NCBI GenBank assembly: GCA_044070495.1
Contig: JBIPSI010000005.1
Coordinates: 32,001 to 96,000 of the forward strand
Origin: Spirulina sp.
GTDB taxonomy: Bacteria; Cyanobacteriota; Cyanobacteriia; Phormidesmidales; Phormidesmidaceae
Length of the DNA: 64,000 bases
Direction of reading: 5' to 3'
Under the pieces are notes generated by a model. The model had not been told where the DNA came from. It ran no database searches and was given only the letters and a program-made list of their open reading frames with translations. Below, one piece after another: positions 49,044 through 59,652 of the stretch. Both the position numbers and the translations under genes were made by a program. How positions within the stretch are numbered: the stretch's first letter is position 1; every line of letters begins with the position of its first letter.

Positions 49044-49823
49044 CTAGGCCGTACCCAGGCGAGGGCGGCGCAGACTCCACAGGCTACCTAATCCCAAAAT
49101 AACCATCCCCCCCAGGGCCGTCATCCACAGAGCGGGCTGATCCGAGTGGCGCTGGGCAATAGCCCCCAAGGCCCAGATAAACACTAGGGCGAAAGTGATA
49201 TCCCGCCGCTGCCACAGCACCACCGCCCCCAACAGAATCGCGACGCCCATCATCACCACCGTCCAAACCATGGGATTACCTCCCCAACCAGCGGCGTAGA
49301 GGGTGGCGGCGATGTTGACAATGGTGGCAACGGCAATCCAGCCCAGGTAGAGGCTAAAGGGAATATGGGCCATCCAGCGCCGCTGACGGGAGGTACGAAC
49401 TTGGCCAATGCCTAGCGTGATGTAGATGTCGATTAGAGATCCCAGGATCACCAGCATGGCCAGAATCGAGGCCGCGAAGGACTGCCAGGTAAACAGAAAG
49501 ATCCAGATCACTTGGGCCACGCAGGCTAGGATTAATCGCTGGTTCACCCGCTGAATCTGAGGGTCTGACCGTCGTTCTGAGTGAAATTGGTAGATTCCGT
49601 AGGCGATCAGCCCCAGATAAATCACGCCCCAAATAATGAAGGCGTAGTTGGCGGGGGTGATCAGCACTCCAGCTAGGACGGTGTTGGAAATTTCCCCCAC
49701 GTTTTGCCCCCCCGGTGGGTACAGATTGGAGAGGGTATTGACGGCCAGGGTGGCGATAATGGCGACGATAGTGCCGATGGCCAAGCCAAGGCCAGCTTTA
49801 GGATTGGACGGCGTGGCATTCAT
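49044..49823 (-). CDS. TspO-like tryptophan-rich membrane protein
   Basis: TPANYAFIIWG.IY, PFSLYLGWI.VAT; multiple TM helices. Confidence 0.75.
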   Translation of the reverse strand: MNATPSNPKAGLGLAIGTIVAIIATLAVNTLSNLYPPGGQNVGEISNTVLAGVLITPANYAFIIWGVIYLGLIAYGIYQFHSERRSDPQIQRVNQRLILACVAQVIWIFLFTWQSFAASILAMLVILGSLIDIYITLGIGQVRTSRQRRWMAHIPFSLYLGWIAVATIVNIAATLYAAGWGGNPMVWTVVMMGVAILLGAVVLWQRRDITFALVFIWALGAIAQRHSDQPALWMTALGGMVILGLGSLWSLRRPRLGTA

Positions 49824-49829
49824 AGAATC

Positions 49830-50957
49830 CTAGGGTTTAAGGACAACCAGGTTATCGCGGTGGATCACAGTATCGGCCCCAACATAGCCCAAAATGGCTG
49901 GGATATCGTCGGAATGCCGCCCCATAATCCGCTTTAGGTCTTGGTCACCATAGTTGACGATACCCCGCGCAATTTCTTCCCCTCCCTGGGCACAGAGTTG
50001 CACGGCATCCTGGGGCTGAAACTCTCCGGCGACTTCAATAATACCCGCCGCCAACAATGACTTGCCCCGGCTCAAAATGGCCTTGGCTGCGCCCTCATCC
50101 ACGTACAGCCGTCCGGCGGGGGGCAAGCTGGCGGCAATCCAGCGCTTACGGCCCCGGCTGGGTTTGGGCTGGGGGGCCACCTGGGTACCTACCGATTCGC
50201 CGCGCAACACCCGCAAAATGTTGTCGGGCTGTTTGCCGTTGGTAATCACCGTCCGCACCCCGGCGGTGGTAGCGATGTGGGCGGCTTCAAGTTTCGTGAC
50301 CATGCCGCCTGTCCCCCAGGTGCTGCCCTGCCCTCCGGCCACCGCCTTGAGGGAACGCAGGGTGTCTAGATCCTGAATCAGAGGAATGGGCTGGGCGTCG
50401 GGGTTAGACCGGGGGTCGGCGGAGTAGAGCCGATCCACATCGGTCAGGATAAACAGCCAGTCGGCCCCAATCAGGCTGGCTACGAGGGCGGAGAGGGTAT
50501 CGTTATCGCCAAACTTCAGTTCCTCCACCGCCACCGTGTCGTTTTCGTTGACGATGGGAATCACCCCCAGAGAGAGCAACTGCCGAAAGGTGCGGTAGCT
50601 ATTGACGTAGCGGGCGCGCTGGGCCAGATCGCTGCGGGTAAGCAGCACCTGGGCAATGGGTTGATTCAGGGCCGAAAACAGGTCGTCGTAAATTCGCATC
50701 AGTCGTCCTTGCCCCACCGCCGCCACCGCCTGTTTCATGGCCAGGGTTTTGGGGCGCTCGGCCATGGCCAGCCGCCGACAGCCAATCCCCACCGCCCCCG
50801 AAGACACCAGCACCACCTGATGCCCCTGGCTCCGCAGGGTACAGAGAGTTTCCACCACACTGGCCAGGGTAGACAGGGCAAACTGCCCCAGCCCCGGCCC
50901 CGCCAAGCTGGATGTGCCAATTTTGACCACCAGGGTTTGCGCCGCACTCACCGCCAT
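49830..50957 (-). CDS. proB: Glutamate 5-kinase
   Basis: [41 protein letters not shown] domain. Confidence 0.96.
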   Translation of the reverse strand: MAVSAAQTLVVKIGTSSLAGPGLGQFALSTLASVVETLCTLRSQGHQVVLVSSGAVGIGCRRLAMAERPKTLAMKQAVAAVGQGRLMRIYDDLFSALNQPIAQVLLTRSDLAQRARYVNSYRTFRQLLSLGVIPIVNENDTVAVEELKFGDNDTLSALVASLIGADWLFILTDVDRLYSADPRSNPDAQPIPLIQDLDTLRSLKAVAGGQGSTWGTGGMVTKLEAAHIATTAGVRTVITNGKQPDNILRVLRGESVGTQVAPQPKPSRGRKRWIAASLPPAGRLYVDEGAAKAILSRGKSLLAAGIIEVAGEFQPQDAVQLCAQGGEEIARGIVNYGDQDLKRIMGRHSDDIPAILGYVGADTVIHRDNLVVLKP

Positions 50958-51178
50958 AGCTTCCTTTTGCTCATGCTCCCTTTCGATAGTACGCCCTTAA
51001 CCTCTCTGTCTTGAGGCGATCTCTGGAGAACCATCACCGTTGTCGCCCACCGACCGATGATCTGGCAAACTTGGCCCAGCTTCGGCCAGGGGGGAATCTC
51101 TTAGCTGGACATTATCTGGCCATGGAATCCGGTGATGACCTCAGCCATTCGCCCTTCACCTTCGGCAAGGTTTAAAAT

Positions 51179-51217
51179 AAAATCTGGGTGCCGATCAATC
51201 AATGACCGGCACCCAGA
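51179..51217 (-). terminator. Intrinsic terminator-like hairpin
   Basis: TCTGGGTGCCG...CGGCACCCAGA followed by a T run on the minus strand. Confidence 0.65.
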
Positions 51218-51486
51218 AAGGAGTTTATTAAAGAACTTATTAAAGTTAAAGGTCTTTATTTGGCTTGACCTTTGTTTATCTTTCTAAATTATGGAGGTCA
51301 TTTTCAGTCGAAGGTGAATCCGTAATCTTTTCTTTATGTTTCCCAGCCTAACGTTTTCCCCGGCTTCGTTAGGCTTCTTGGTATTTCGTTGCAAAAGTAC
51401 GCAAAGCTAGTCCCTTAAGGACGTTCAGGGGTTGTGCCACCGAATCATCGCATGGCTTAGATACGGGCTAGTCCCTTGTCTAGGAG

Positions 51487-52020
51487 CTAGGGCGGGGGCA
51501 CAGCCCCCAGGGAAATGCCCAGTAGCTTGAGTAGGGCTATCTCTAGGGTGCGTAGGAGGGATAGGCGAGGACGGGCCTGATCAAGGGTTGGCATGGGATC
51601 CACCAAAATGGTGAAAAGGCCGAGGCGATTGCCCGCTAGCACATCGGTGAGTAGGCGATCACCCACCATAGCCACCTGTTCGGGGGGTAGGTCCATGGCC
51701 TCTAGAGCTTGCTTGAGCTTGCGGCGAGAGGGCTTTCCGGCACTGGTGAGGTAGGGCACGTCTAGGGGGGTGGCAATGCGCTTAATGCGGCTGCTGTTGA
51801 CGTTGTTGCTCACCAGCCAGACTTCGCCCACCGCCTTAATGCTGGCCATCCACACCGCTAGGTCTGGGTCGCTCTCGGCCTGCCGCAGGGGCACCAGGGT
51901 ATCGTCTACGTCTAGGATCAACCCCCTGAGGTTATGGTGGCGCATCAGATCGGGAGAGAGCGCAAACACACTTCCACCCAGCACCAAGTTGGGCTCTAAC
52001 AGGCTAGACCACACCATCAC
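51487..52020 (-). CDS. YqeG-family HAD IIIA phosphatase
   Basis: LDVDDTL, VSNN, KP, VGDRLLTD. Confidence 0.9.
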   Translation of the reverse strand: MMVWSSLLEPNLVLGGSVFALSPDLMRHHNLRGLILDVDDTLVPLRQAESDPDLAVWMASIKAVGEVWLVSNNVNSSRIKRIATPLDVPYLTSAGKPSRRKLKQALEAMDLPPEQVAMVGDRLLTDVLAGNRLGLFTILVDPMPTLDQARPRLSLLRTLEIALLKLLGISLGAVPPP

Positions 52021-52045
52021 CCAAACCCACCATCATGACGACTAT

Positions 52046-52095
52046 ACCGAGTGCTTTGACCCTAATTATCACCGAGTGCTTTGACCCTAATTATC
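52046..52095. repeat. Exact 25-bp tandem duplication over the mltG stop codon
   Basis: ACCGAGTGCTTTGACCCTAATTATC twice. Confidence 0.9.
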
Positions 52096-53151
52096 AAAGG
52101 TGGCCCGAATGGCATTCTTGGCGGCTTCATGCTCTGCCAAGGTACGGCTAAAGACATGGGTGCCATCGTAGCGGGCAACGAAGAATAAATAATCCGTGTC
52201 CTCAGGGTTGAGCACCGCCTCTAGGCTGGCCTGGCCGGGGCTGGCAATGGGGGTGGGGGGCAATCCTGGGTTGATATAGGTATTGTAGGGCGAGGGGGTG
52301 CCCACCTGGGCCCAAGTGAGGGGTTGCTCTGGGGTTTGGGTAATACCGAGGCCGTATTCCACCGTGGGGTCGGCCCCCAGGGGAATGTTTTGCTCTAACC
52401 GATTGGTAAACACCCCGGCAATGGTGCCCCGTTCTTCCTCCACCACGGATTCCTTTTCCACAATGCTGCTGAGGGTGACCCAATCCAGCAACGATAGCTC
52501 CGTGGCGTTGGGGTCGTACAGCGGTAGGGCCACGGTTTCAAACTGCTGAAGCATGATGTCGCGCACCTGGGTTGCGGTGATCCCTGCGGCGGGTAGTTGG
52601 TAGGTGTTAGGGAACAAAAAGCCCTCTAGGTGGGGCAAGCCATCGGGAATCCAGGGAAACCGATCTCGCGGAATCTCCTCCGTCACCGCTAGAAACTCGG
52701 CGGCGAGGAAAAATCCCTCCTGCTCAAAGTAGTCTGCCATTCTGCGTCGATTCCAGCCTTCGGGAATGGTGAAGGAGGTCTGCACCACCTGCCCCGTCCA
52801 AATGATTTCGGCAATGTCGGTCATGGAACTGGTGGGGGCCAGGGCGTAGGTGCCCGCTTGGAATCCTCCCTCGTCGGTCTGCCGTGCCTGCCAGCGAGAC
52901 CATAGTTTCCAGGCCAAGGCCGAGCGGATCAGTCCCGCCGCCTCTAGGTCTTGACCAATCTGCTGCCCTGGGGTGCCAGGGGGAATTTGGATTTGGACAG
53001 TCTGGTCGGGACTTTGCTCAGCGGATTCGGCCACCACAGGACTGGTCGCCCAACTCCACCAGGCCCATCCCTGCCATGCGGCAATACCCGCTGCCACGGG
53101 CACCACAAGCCCTAGGAATCCCAATCTTACCCACTTTGAACCTTTCGCCAT
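52087..53151 (-). CDS. mltG: Endolytic transglycosylase
   Basis: TIPEG, LEGFLFP.TY, SIVEKE, DPTV.Y, SPYNTY..PGLPPTPI. Confidence 0.94.
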   Translation of the reverse strand: MAKGSKWVRLGFLGLVVPVAAGIAAWQGWAWWSWATSPVVAESAEQSPDQTVQIQIPPGTPGQQIGQDLEAAGLIRSALAWKLWSRWQARQTDEGGFQAGTYALAPTSSMTDIAEIIWTGQVVQTSFTIPEGWNRRRMADYFEQEGFFLAAEFLAVTEEIPRDRFPWIPDGLPHLEGFLFPNTYQLPAAGITATQVRDIMLQQFETVALPLYDPNATELSLLDWVTLSSIVEKESVVEEERGTIAGVFTNRLEQNIPLGADPTVEYGLGITQTPEQPLTWAQVGTPSPYNTYINPGLPPTPIASPGQASLEAVLNPEDTDYLFFVARYDGTHVFSRTLAEHEAAKNAIRATFDN

Positions 53152-53287
53152 AACCTTGGGATTGCGCTGCTATCAGTGATCAACAATCTTGGATCAAGAA
53201 TTCTCTGGATCAAGAATTTCGGAACGACCTACCTCTCAGTGTAACCAGGTTCAGACTCTTGGCCCGTGCCAAATACGCCCCAGCACC

Positions 53288-53848
53288 CTACTCTAAAACA
53301 TCGAACAGTTTTTCCTCTAGGCTACCGCGAATGGTCTGAAATTCCTCTGGAGTCACGATATCCAGAGTGCCCTCGGCGGTGCGGTAGGCGAAGATCAGTA
53401 GGGGTTCCACGGGGGTGCAGAGGGTGTACTCCTGCTCGTCATGGAAGCAGGTGGCCAGAATTTGAAACTCCTCGGCCATGGGTTCTCCGGTTTCATCGAC
53501 CTCATCCAGTTCTAGGGTGAGGCAGTTTTCCTCATCCACGTCAGGCAACTCCCCCGAGGCCGTGAGAGTAATGGCCGTGTGTTGGAGCACGAGGTTTTGC
53601 TCTGCCAAGACAGCCTTGGCGGTGGGGAAAATACGCTCAATGTCCTCTTCTTCGATGTCCATCAGCACCTCGTCTTCCTCCTCCTGCTGCCACACGAAGA
53701 TTTCAATGGGGGGATCGAGGGGCAACAACAGCAGATATTCACGACCGTTTAGGTCAAAGCGTTGTTCCACCTGGCAGGGCAAAAATCGGCCTGAATCATC
53801 GGTGAGGACAACGGCTGAGTCGTCAAAGGCTTGGGTATCATCCGCCAT
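53288..53848 (-). CDS. DUF3727-type acidic protein
   Basis: Acidic; AKAVLAEQNL; typical ruvX-DUF3727-mltG synteny. Confidence 0.8.
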   Translation of the reverse strand: MADDTQAFDDSAVVLTDDSGRFLPCQVEQRFDLNGREYLLLLPLDPPIEIFVWQQEEEDEVLMDIEEEDIERIFPTAKAVLAEQNLVLQHTAITLTASGELPDVDEENCLTLELDEVDETGEPMAEEFQILATCFHDEQEYTLCTPVEPLLIFAYRTAEGTLDIVTPEEFQTIRGSLEEKLFDVLE

Positions 53849-53914
53849 GGAGGCTACTCTATAAACGTTGGATGGACAAACTGGGAGGAACGGCAGCGGT
53901 TAAAAACCGTGTTA

Positions 53915-54361
53915 TCAGAATATCCCATCCTGTTCCGCCCTTTGCCGTTCGTCCAACCAACGCTGCAAAATCAGCGCCGCCGCCTTGCGATCCACCAAAC
54001 CCCGATCATCCCTAGCGGATCCCCCCTGGTTCCGAATCAATTCCTCCGCCTCGATAGATGTAAATCGTTCATCGATGTAGACAACGGGGAGATCTAGGGC
54101 TTTGGAGAGGCCCGTGGCCATGCGCCGCACCTGTTTGGCCTGGGATCCCTCCTCCCCCGCTACTGTAAAGGGCAGGCCGACCACCAGCACCTCCACCCGC
54201 CGTTCGACCACCAGTTCCGCTAGTTCCGCCACCACCTGGTTAAAGGACTGACGGTAGATGGTTAATAAGCCAGAGGCCATCAACCCCAACCGATCACAAC
54301 CTGCCACACCGATGCGCTTGCGGCCAATATCGAGGCCCAACGCCGAAATTTCTTGAGTCAA
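53915..54361 (-). CDS. ruvX: YqgF/RuvX pre-16S rRNA nuclease
   Basis: ALGLD.G.KRIGVA, VVGLP, DERFTS, D..AAALILQ. Confidence 0.93.
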   Translation of the reverse strand: MTQEISALGLDIGRKRIGVAGCDRLGLMASGLLTIYRQSFNQVVAELAELVVERRVEVLVVGLPFTVAGEEGSQAKQVRRMATGLSKALDLPVVYIDERFTSIEAEELIRNQGGSARDDRGLVDRKAAALILQRWLDERQRAEQDGIF

Positions 54362-54396
54362 GCTGAAGTCCCTCTCTAACCTATCCCTCTCTAAAC

Positions 54397-55623
54397 CTAA
54401 AGATCGGGGGTTTCCGGAGTCTGGGGCCGCAGGGCCGAGGGATCAGTACTGTCGGGGGCTGGCGCAGGTTTGGGAGGTAAATCCGCTGCCCAAGTCATGC
54501 GTCCAGGAATCGGCTTAGCCGCTGGTTGCAGCCCCGTCAGCACATCGGATAATTGCAGCCCTTCGAGGGATATGGGCTTGCTTTCCCGCACCTTGTGCCA
54601 TACCGAACGGGACATCAGCAGGGTGTGGGATTCCGGGATCGCCTGCATTTGGGCCAGACATTCCTCTCGCTCCGGCTGGTAGTCCCGCGAGGTGAGGTGC
54701 AGGGGCTGGGCCGGGAAGGGCTGCAAAATCTTCGCCATCTGAACTATCAGTTCTGGATAGAGCCAGGTGTAGGCCGGATGAACGGTAAGTTCGGCGGTGT
54801 GGGGTTGGCGGCCATCGCGGCAAATGGTGAGCTGAAACTGGCCAATGGCGGCCTTGCGCTGCTGCTCGAAGACGTAGGCGCTGACGGTTTCTAGGTTGTT
54901 CACCAGCCGATCTACGGTGGCGTTGGCGGTGCCCATCACCCCACTCTTGAAGTCCTGGATTTGATGGTCAAAGACCTGACGCACCAGGGGCGGCATTGAG
55001 GCGGTATTGAGCTGGTACAGCAGTTGGGCATCGGCATTGCTGACGGGCAGCAAATTGGGCAAATCTGGCTCCCGCTGAGCCAACGTCGCGATGGCCTCCG
55101 GCAGCAACGACCAATAGGTGGTTTGGGCCAGGGGCTGAAACCCGTTAAAGCGGTACAGAGAGAGGGCGGTCTTATGGTTGACGTTCACCTCCAACATCCA
55201 GGTGCGGGCTTCCCACACCGCCTCGAAGCAGTGGCGCAGCAGGCGCGACCCCACATCCATGTAGCCCGTAATCATGAGCTTAGCGGCCACAGCGCGGTTG
55301 ACCACTACCCGCTCCACCTGCCAAGTGCTGCGGGTGCGGTTGAAGGGAGCCACCTGAATAAAGCCCACCAGGCACCCCTGGCGTTTGGCCACGAAGGTCA
55401 GCGAGGATTGAGCCACTGGACTTGGCATCCAGCTTAAAAGCTTGAGGGGGGCGTACCATCGGCGCTGGTGATCGAGCCAGGACACTACCGAGGCCGAGGA
55501 TAGGCTGTCATCTCCCGCATCCATGTCTTCGGGCTGCCACTGCATGAGATCGTCAAGATCGCGGTACTGCAATGGCCGTACCGTAAGCATTGGGCCAGTT
55601 GTCGTCATGCGGGCCATAGCCAA
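54397..55623 (-). CDS. GNAT-family acetyltransferase
   Basis: GS.LLRHC, N..AL.LYR.NGFQPLA. Confidence 0.82.
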   Translation of the reverse strand: MAMARMTTTGPMLTVRPLQYRDLDDLMQWQPEDMDAGDDSLSSASVVSWLDHQRRWYAPLKLLSWMPSPVAQSSLTFVAKRQGCLVGFIQVAPFNRTRSTWQVERVVVNRAVAAKLMITGYMDVGSRLLRHCFEAVWEARTWMLEVNVNHKTALSLYRFNGFQPLAQTTYWSLLPEAIATLAQREPDLPNLLPVSNADAQLLYQLNTASMPPLVRQVFDHQIQDFKSGVMGTANATVDRLVNNLETVSAYVFEQQRKAAIGQFQLTICRDGRQPHTAELTVHPAYTWLYPELIVQMAKILQPFPAQPLHLTSRDYQPEREECLAQMQAIPESHTLLMSRSVWHKVRESKPISLEGLQLSDVLTGLQPAAKPIPGRMTWAADLPPKPAPAPDSTDPSALRPQTPETPDL

Positions 55624-55871
55624 GAACAGAGGAAACCGGTTATGAACTTATCTTAGCCGGTTTTCCGGTTTTCCACATCGCTCCACCGCTGTGAGGACTC
55701 AGGGATAGGGTAGGGTGAGGGCATCGAAGAATCTCGCCTCAGACAGCGGAATTTTCAAGGCCAGACGTTTACAAAACTTATAATTTGAGGCACGATTTCA
55801 TCATTGGTTGGTATTAGTCAATCGCTCCACGGCCCATTTCCCCATTTTGCAAGCGGTACTTGAGATTCACC

Positions 55872-56798
55872 ATGAGACGCCTTTTGACGATTGAACGCTA
55901 TTGCCTGTACGGACATTTGGTGGCCATGGCCTTCGGGCTGGCCGGATTGCTATGGGTGGTGCCTCACCCCGGCATCCTCAACTACTTGCCCGCTGGACAA
56001 ACGATGTTCCGCTGGAGCATGGCGGGGGGTGGCGTCGGCTATATTCTGTTGGGTACGGTGGCGGTGGCGCTCTACGGATACCGTACTCTGGGGCTGAAGG
56101 CTATTTTGGCCTTTGCGGCGGCAGCGATCGGCGTCTCTCTCTCCAGCGAACTGCTAGGAACTAGCACGGGCTTTCCCTTTGGTCACTACAGCTATCTCAA
56201 CGGCTTAGGCTACAAGATTGGTGGCCTGGTTCCCTTCACGATTCCGCTGTCCTGGTTTTATCTGGGGCTATCTTCCTATCTTTTGGCCCGTAGCGGTTTG
56301 AAGGCCACCGGGGTTCAATCCCCCCAGGCCGAATCCAGCTACGGCTGGCTGCGTTCCCTGGGAGCGATTTTTCTGGGATCTGTGCTGCTCACCTCCTGGG
56401 ATTTTGTCCTCGATCCAGCCATGAGCCAAACCGCCCTGCCCTTCTGGTACTGGCATGAGCCCGGTGCCTTCTTTGGGATGCCCTACCAAAACTTTGCGGG
56501 CTGGCTGGGTACCGGGGTGGTCTTTATCTCCGTTGGCTTGTCCCTCTGGCGGGTTTTGGGTGTGGGGTTAGAGCCGCCCAAGTCCGTGACAATTCCTCTG
56601 ATTGTCTACATTGGCAACTTCACCTTTGCCATGGTAATGAGCCTCGCCGCTGGGTTCTATGTGCCGATTGCCATGGGAATGATCACCGGGCTGATTCCGG
56701 CCATTCTCTGCTGGCGCACCGCCAACCAAGGGGATATCGATGGGGATGCAGCCCTTGATCCAGCGGTGGCTCCCCCGGCCAATGCGGCCCTCAAGTAA
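55872..56798 (+). CDS. cruF: Carotenoid 1',2'-hydratase
   Basis: ELLGTSTGFPFG.Y.Y, VPFTIPLSWF, WDFVLDPAM, GMPYQNFAGW. Confidence 0.9.
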   Translation: MRRLLTIERYCLYGHLVAMAFGLAGLLWVVPHPGILNYLPAGQTMFRWSMAGGGVGYILLGTVAVALYGYRTLGLKAILAFAAAAIGVSLSSELLGTSTGFPFGHYSYLNGLGYKIGGLVPFTIPLSWFYLGLSSYLLARSGLKATGVQSPQAESSYGWLRSLGAIFLGSVLLTSWDFVLDPAMSQTALPFWYWHEPGAFFGMPYQNFAGWLGTGVVFISVGLSLWRVLGVGLEPPKSVTIPLIVYIGNFTFAMVMSLAAGFYVPIAMGMITGLIPAILCWRTANQGDIDGDAALDPAVAPPANAALK

Positions 56799-56812
56799 GC
56801 CATCCAGGAGAA

Positions 56813-58042
56813 TTGTCGTTGTCTTCCTTGCTGCTGTCTTTTCCCTGGTTGAGCGGCGTTGCCCTGCTGCTGATCGTCCTCCAACTGCCCATGGTCGCGG
56901 TGCTGCTTTCCCGGCTGATCACTGGCCCCCTGCGTAGGCCACCCTTGGCTCCCCAATCGGCCACCCTGAAGGAATTGGGGACGGTTTCGGTGGTGGTGCC
57001 CACCTTAAACGAAGCCCAGCGCCTTGCCCCCTGCCTGGAGGGACTGACCCATCAGGGCTATGAGCTGCGCGAGGTACTGGTCGTCGATAGCCGTTCCACC
57101 GATGGCACCCAGGATGTGGTCACCACCTATCAACGGAACGATCCTCGCATCCGTCTACTCACCGACGATCCGCTACCGTCGGGTTGGGTGGGGCGGCCCT
57201 GGGCACTAGACTACGGCTTTCGCCACAGCTCCCCCGCTAGCACCTGGTTTTTGGGCATTGATGCCGACACCCAGCCGCAACCGGGGTTAATCGCGGCCCT
57301 AGTCCAGGCCATGGAGCAGGAACGTTATGACTTGGTATCCTTAGCTCCCCGGTTTATCCTCAAAACCGCTGGGGAGATGTGGTTGCAACCCGCCCTACTG
57401 ATGACTCTGATCTACCGCTTCGGCCCCGCCGGAAATCGAGGCTCCCAGCCCCAGCGGGTGATGGCCAATGGGCAGTGCTTCATGGTGCGGCGATCCCTGC
57501 TGGAGTCCCTAGATGGCTACAGTTCCGCCCGTGCCTCCTTTTGCGATGATGTCACTCTGGCCCGCAATGCCGCTGTTCAGGGGGCCAAGGTGGGCTTTTG
57601 GGACGGCAGCCGCCTGCTGAAGGTGCGCATGTATGAAGGTTTAGCCGAAACCTGGCAAGAATGGGGCCGCTCCCTCGATCTTAAGGATGCCGCTACACCG
57701 GAACAAACCTGGTGGGATGTGGCTTTCCTGGCGCTAGTACAGGGGCTACCTTGGCTGCTGACGCCCTTGCTCATGGTGATGAAAGCTCTGCATTGGGCTG
57801 AATGGTCTTTGGCTCTGCAACTGCTGCTGGTGATGAACGGATTTTTGCTATTCACACGAATCGGGATGCAAGCCGCCGTTCTATCTGCCTATGACCTTAG
57901 CCAAGCCCAGGGCAAATGGGCCTTTTGGCTATCTCCCCTGGCCGATGTGGCGGCAGTCTATCGCATTGCTCTGTCGTCCTGGCAACGCCCCACCCAGTGG
58001 CGCGGGCGGCAGTATCCCGCCCCCGGTACGCTCTCCTCCTAA
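56813..58042 (+). CDS. cruG: Carotenoid glycosyltransferase (myxoxanthophyll pathway)
   Basis: VPTLNEA, GW.GRPWAL, DADT, ANGQC, DDV.LAR, EWGRSLDLKD; adjacent to cruF. Confidence 0.9.
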   Translation: MSLSSLLLSFPWLSGVALLLIVLQLPMVAVLLSRLITGPLRRPPLAPQSATLKELGTVSVVVPTLNEAQRLAPCLEGLTHQGYELREVLVVDSRSTDGTQDVVTTYQRNDPRIRLLTDDPLPSGWVGRPWALDYGFRHSSPASTWFLGIDADTQPQPGLIAALVQAMEQERYDLVSLAPRFILKTAGEMWLQPALLMTLIYRFGPAGNRGSQPQRVMANGQCFMVRRSLLESLDGYSSARASFCDDVTLARNAAVQGAKVGFWDGSRLLKVRMYEGLAETWQEWGRSLDLKDAATPEQTWWDVAFLALVQGLPWLLTPLLMVMKALHWAEWSLALQLLLVMNGFLLFTRIGMQAAVLSAYDLSQAQGKWAFWLSPLADVAAVYRIALSSWQRPTQWRGRQYPAPGTLSS

Positions 58043-58151
58043 CCCTGCCCAAATCCTAGCCGCTAGGCCAGCCATTTTGCCAAATTCGGGACATTTAGGG
58101 TTTCTAGGCGGTCTAGGCGGGACTCTGGGACGTTGGCGTTGGTCATTTCGG

Positions 58152-58619
58152 TTAGCTCCAGTCGGTAAAGGGATGGCGAGCTAGGTTGGAGTTGCTATAG
58201 CGCAGGTCGTAGGTCACCTCTTCCCCAATCCAGTCGGGGAGGCGCACGGGTTGATCGGGTGAAGTCAGTTCCACCTCGGCGATGATGAGCCCTGCGTTGG
58301 CCCCAAAGAACTCATCCACCTCCCACACCACATCGTCCAGGGGAATACGGTAGCGCTGCTTTTCAATCAGGGGCGGCTGGCAGAGGGTAGACAGAATGGT
58401 TTCGGCATCCTCCAGGGGAATCGGGTACTCAAATTCTGGGCGCACCATTCCCACCGCTGGCCCCTTCAGGGTGAGATAGCCCTGGTCTCCCACCACCCGA
58501 ACCCTCACGGTACGGGCATCCTGGGTGGGGATATAGCCCTGGCGCAACCGCAAGCCTGGGTCATCGCTACGCCAGTGATGATTCGTGACTAAAAATTTCC
58601 GCTCAATTTCCTGCCCCAT
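58152..58619 (-). CDS. CYTH domain protein
   Basis: EIERKFLV, QGY, RVR, EFEY, EK.R, AEVEL. Confidence 0.92.
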   Translation of the reverse strand: MGQEIERKFLVTNHHWRSDDPGLRLRQGYIPTQDARTVRVRVVGDQGYLTLKGPAVGMVRPEFEYPIPLEDAETILSTLCQPPLIEKQRYRIPLDDVVWEVDEFFGANAGLIIAEVELTSPDQPVRLPDWIGEEVTYDLRYSNSNLARHPFTDWS

Positions 58620-58640
58620 GGGTATGTCCTAAATTGCTTC

Positions 58641-59621
58641 CTAAGTCATTAACTGGTTGTGGAGGTACAAAAACGCCTCCACGGCTCTGGCATCGGGTTG
58701 GGCCGTCATGGCTCCGGGCTGGGTTGCCGTAAGCGCCCCGGAGGCACTGGCATACTGTACAGCGGCTTGTAAAGGATCCTCGTTTTCCAAGAGATCCATC
58801 CCTTGCCGGGTCAGTTGGTGGAGAAATCCAGCTAGAAAGCTATCCCCTGCCCCCGTGCTGTCCTCGCAATCTACGGCATAGGCTGGGACGTAGCCGTTTA
58901 GGGTGGCGGTGGCGTAGTGGCAACCCTTGGCCCCGTCGGTCAACAGCACCAATTTGGCCGATAGACGCGCTTGAATCGTCTCTGCTTGGGTGGTCTGAAA
59001 CAGGATCTCTGCCTCTTCCCGGTTCAGCTTCAGAATATCCACCTGAGCCAAAAAAGCCTGGATAATCGGAATTGCCTGCTCTGGCTGGGGCCAAAACACG
59101 GGTCGCCAGTTGAGGTCAATCACCGTGATGATGCCGTTCTGCTTGGCCCAGGCCCAGGCGGTTCGCATACTCTGTCCCAGGTTCTCGTAGGCCAGCCCCA
59201 GGGTGCCCATTACCAGGTATTGGACGGTTTCAAAGCTAGCAAAGTCAATCGGGTCGGCCCCTAGGTAGGCATCGGCAAAACGGCTGGGGTCGGGCAGGCT
59301 AAACCCCACAAAGGTACGCTCTCCCTGAGCATCTCGGTTCACCAGTACCACACGGGTGGGGTGGGCCGTTGTCCATTGCAGCGCCGTGCAATCGACTCCC
59401 GCATCCTGCAAGGCCGCTTCTACCTGTTGACCCTGGGGGTCGGTGCCGAGGCAAGTGATCAGGGCGGCGGGGGTGCCCAACTTGGCCAGGGCCGTGGCTA
59501 CATTCGCCGGAGCCCCACCGGGATGATCGATCCAAAAGGGAGTATTCGGAGTTTGACCGTCGCGGCGATCAAAAATTCGGTCAATCAGGGCCTCGCCCAA
59601 ACAAACTACCCGTGGGGCCAT
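58641..59621 (-). CDS. PfkB-family carbohydrate kinase (fructokinase-like)
   Basis: GEALID, GGAPANVA, DLNWR, DSTGAGDSF. Confidence 0.92.
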   Translation of the reverse strand: MAPRVVCLGEALIDRIFDRRDGQTPNTPFWIDHPGGAPANVATALAKLGTPAALITCLGTDPQGQQVEAALQDAGVDCTALQWTTAHPTRVVLVNRDAQGERTFVGFSLPDPSRFADAYLGADPIDFASFETVQYLVMGTLGLAYENLGQSMRTAWAWAKQNGIITVIDLNWRPVFWPQPEQAIPIIQAFLAQVDILKLNREEAEILFQTTQAETIQARLSAKLVLLTDGAKGCHYATATLNGYVPAYAVDCEDSTGAGDSFLAGFLHQLTRQGMDLLENEDPLQAAVQYASASGALTATQPGAMTAQPDARAVEAFLYLHNQLMT

Positions 59622-59652
59622 GGCGCGTGGTGGTAAAGGATTACCCTAGGGC

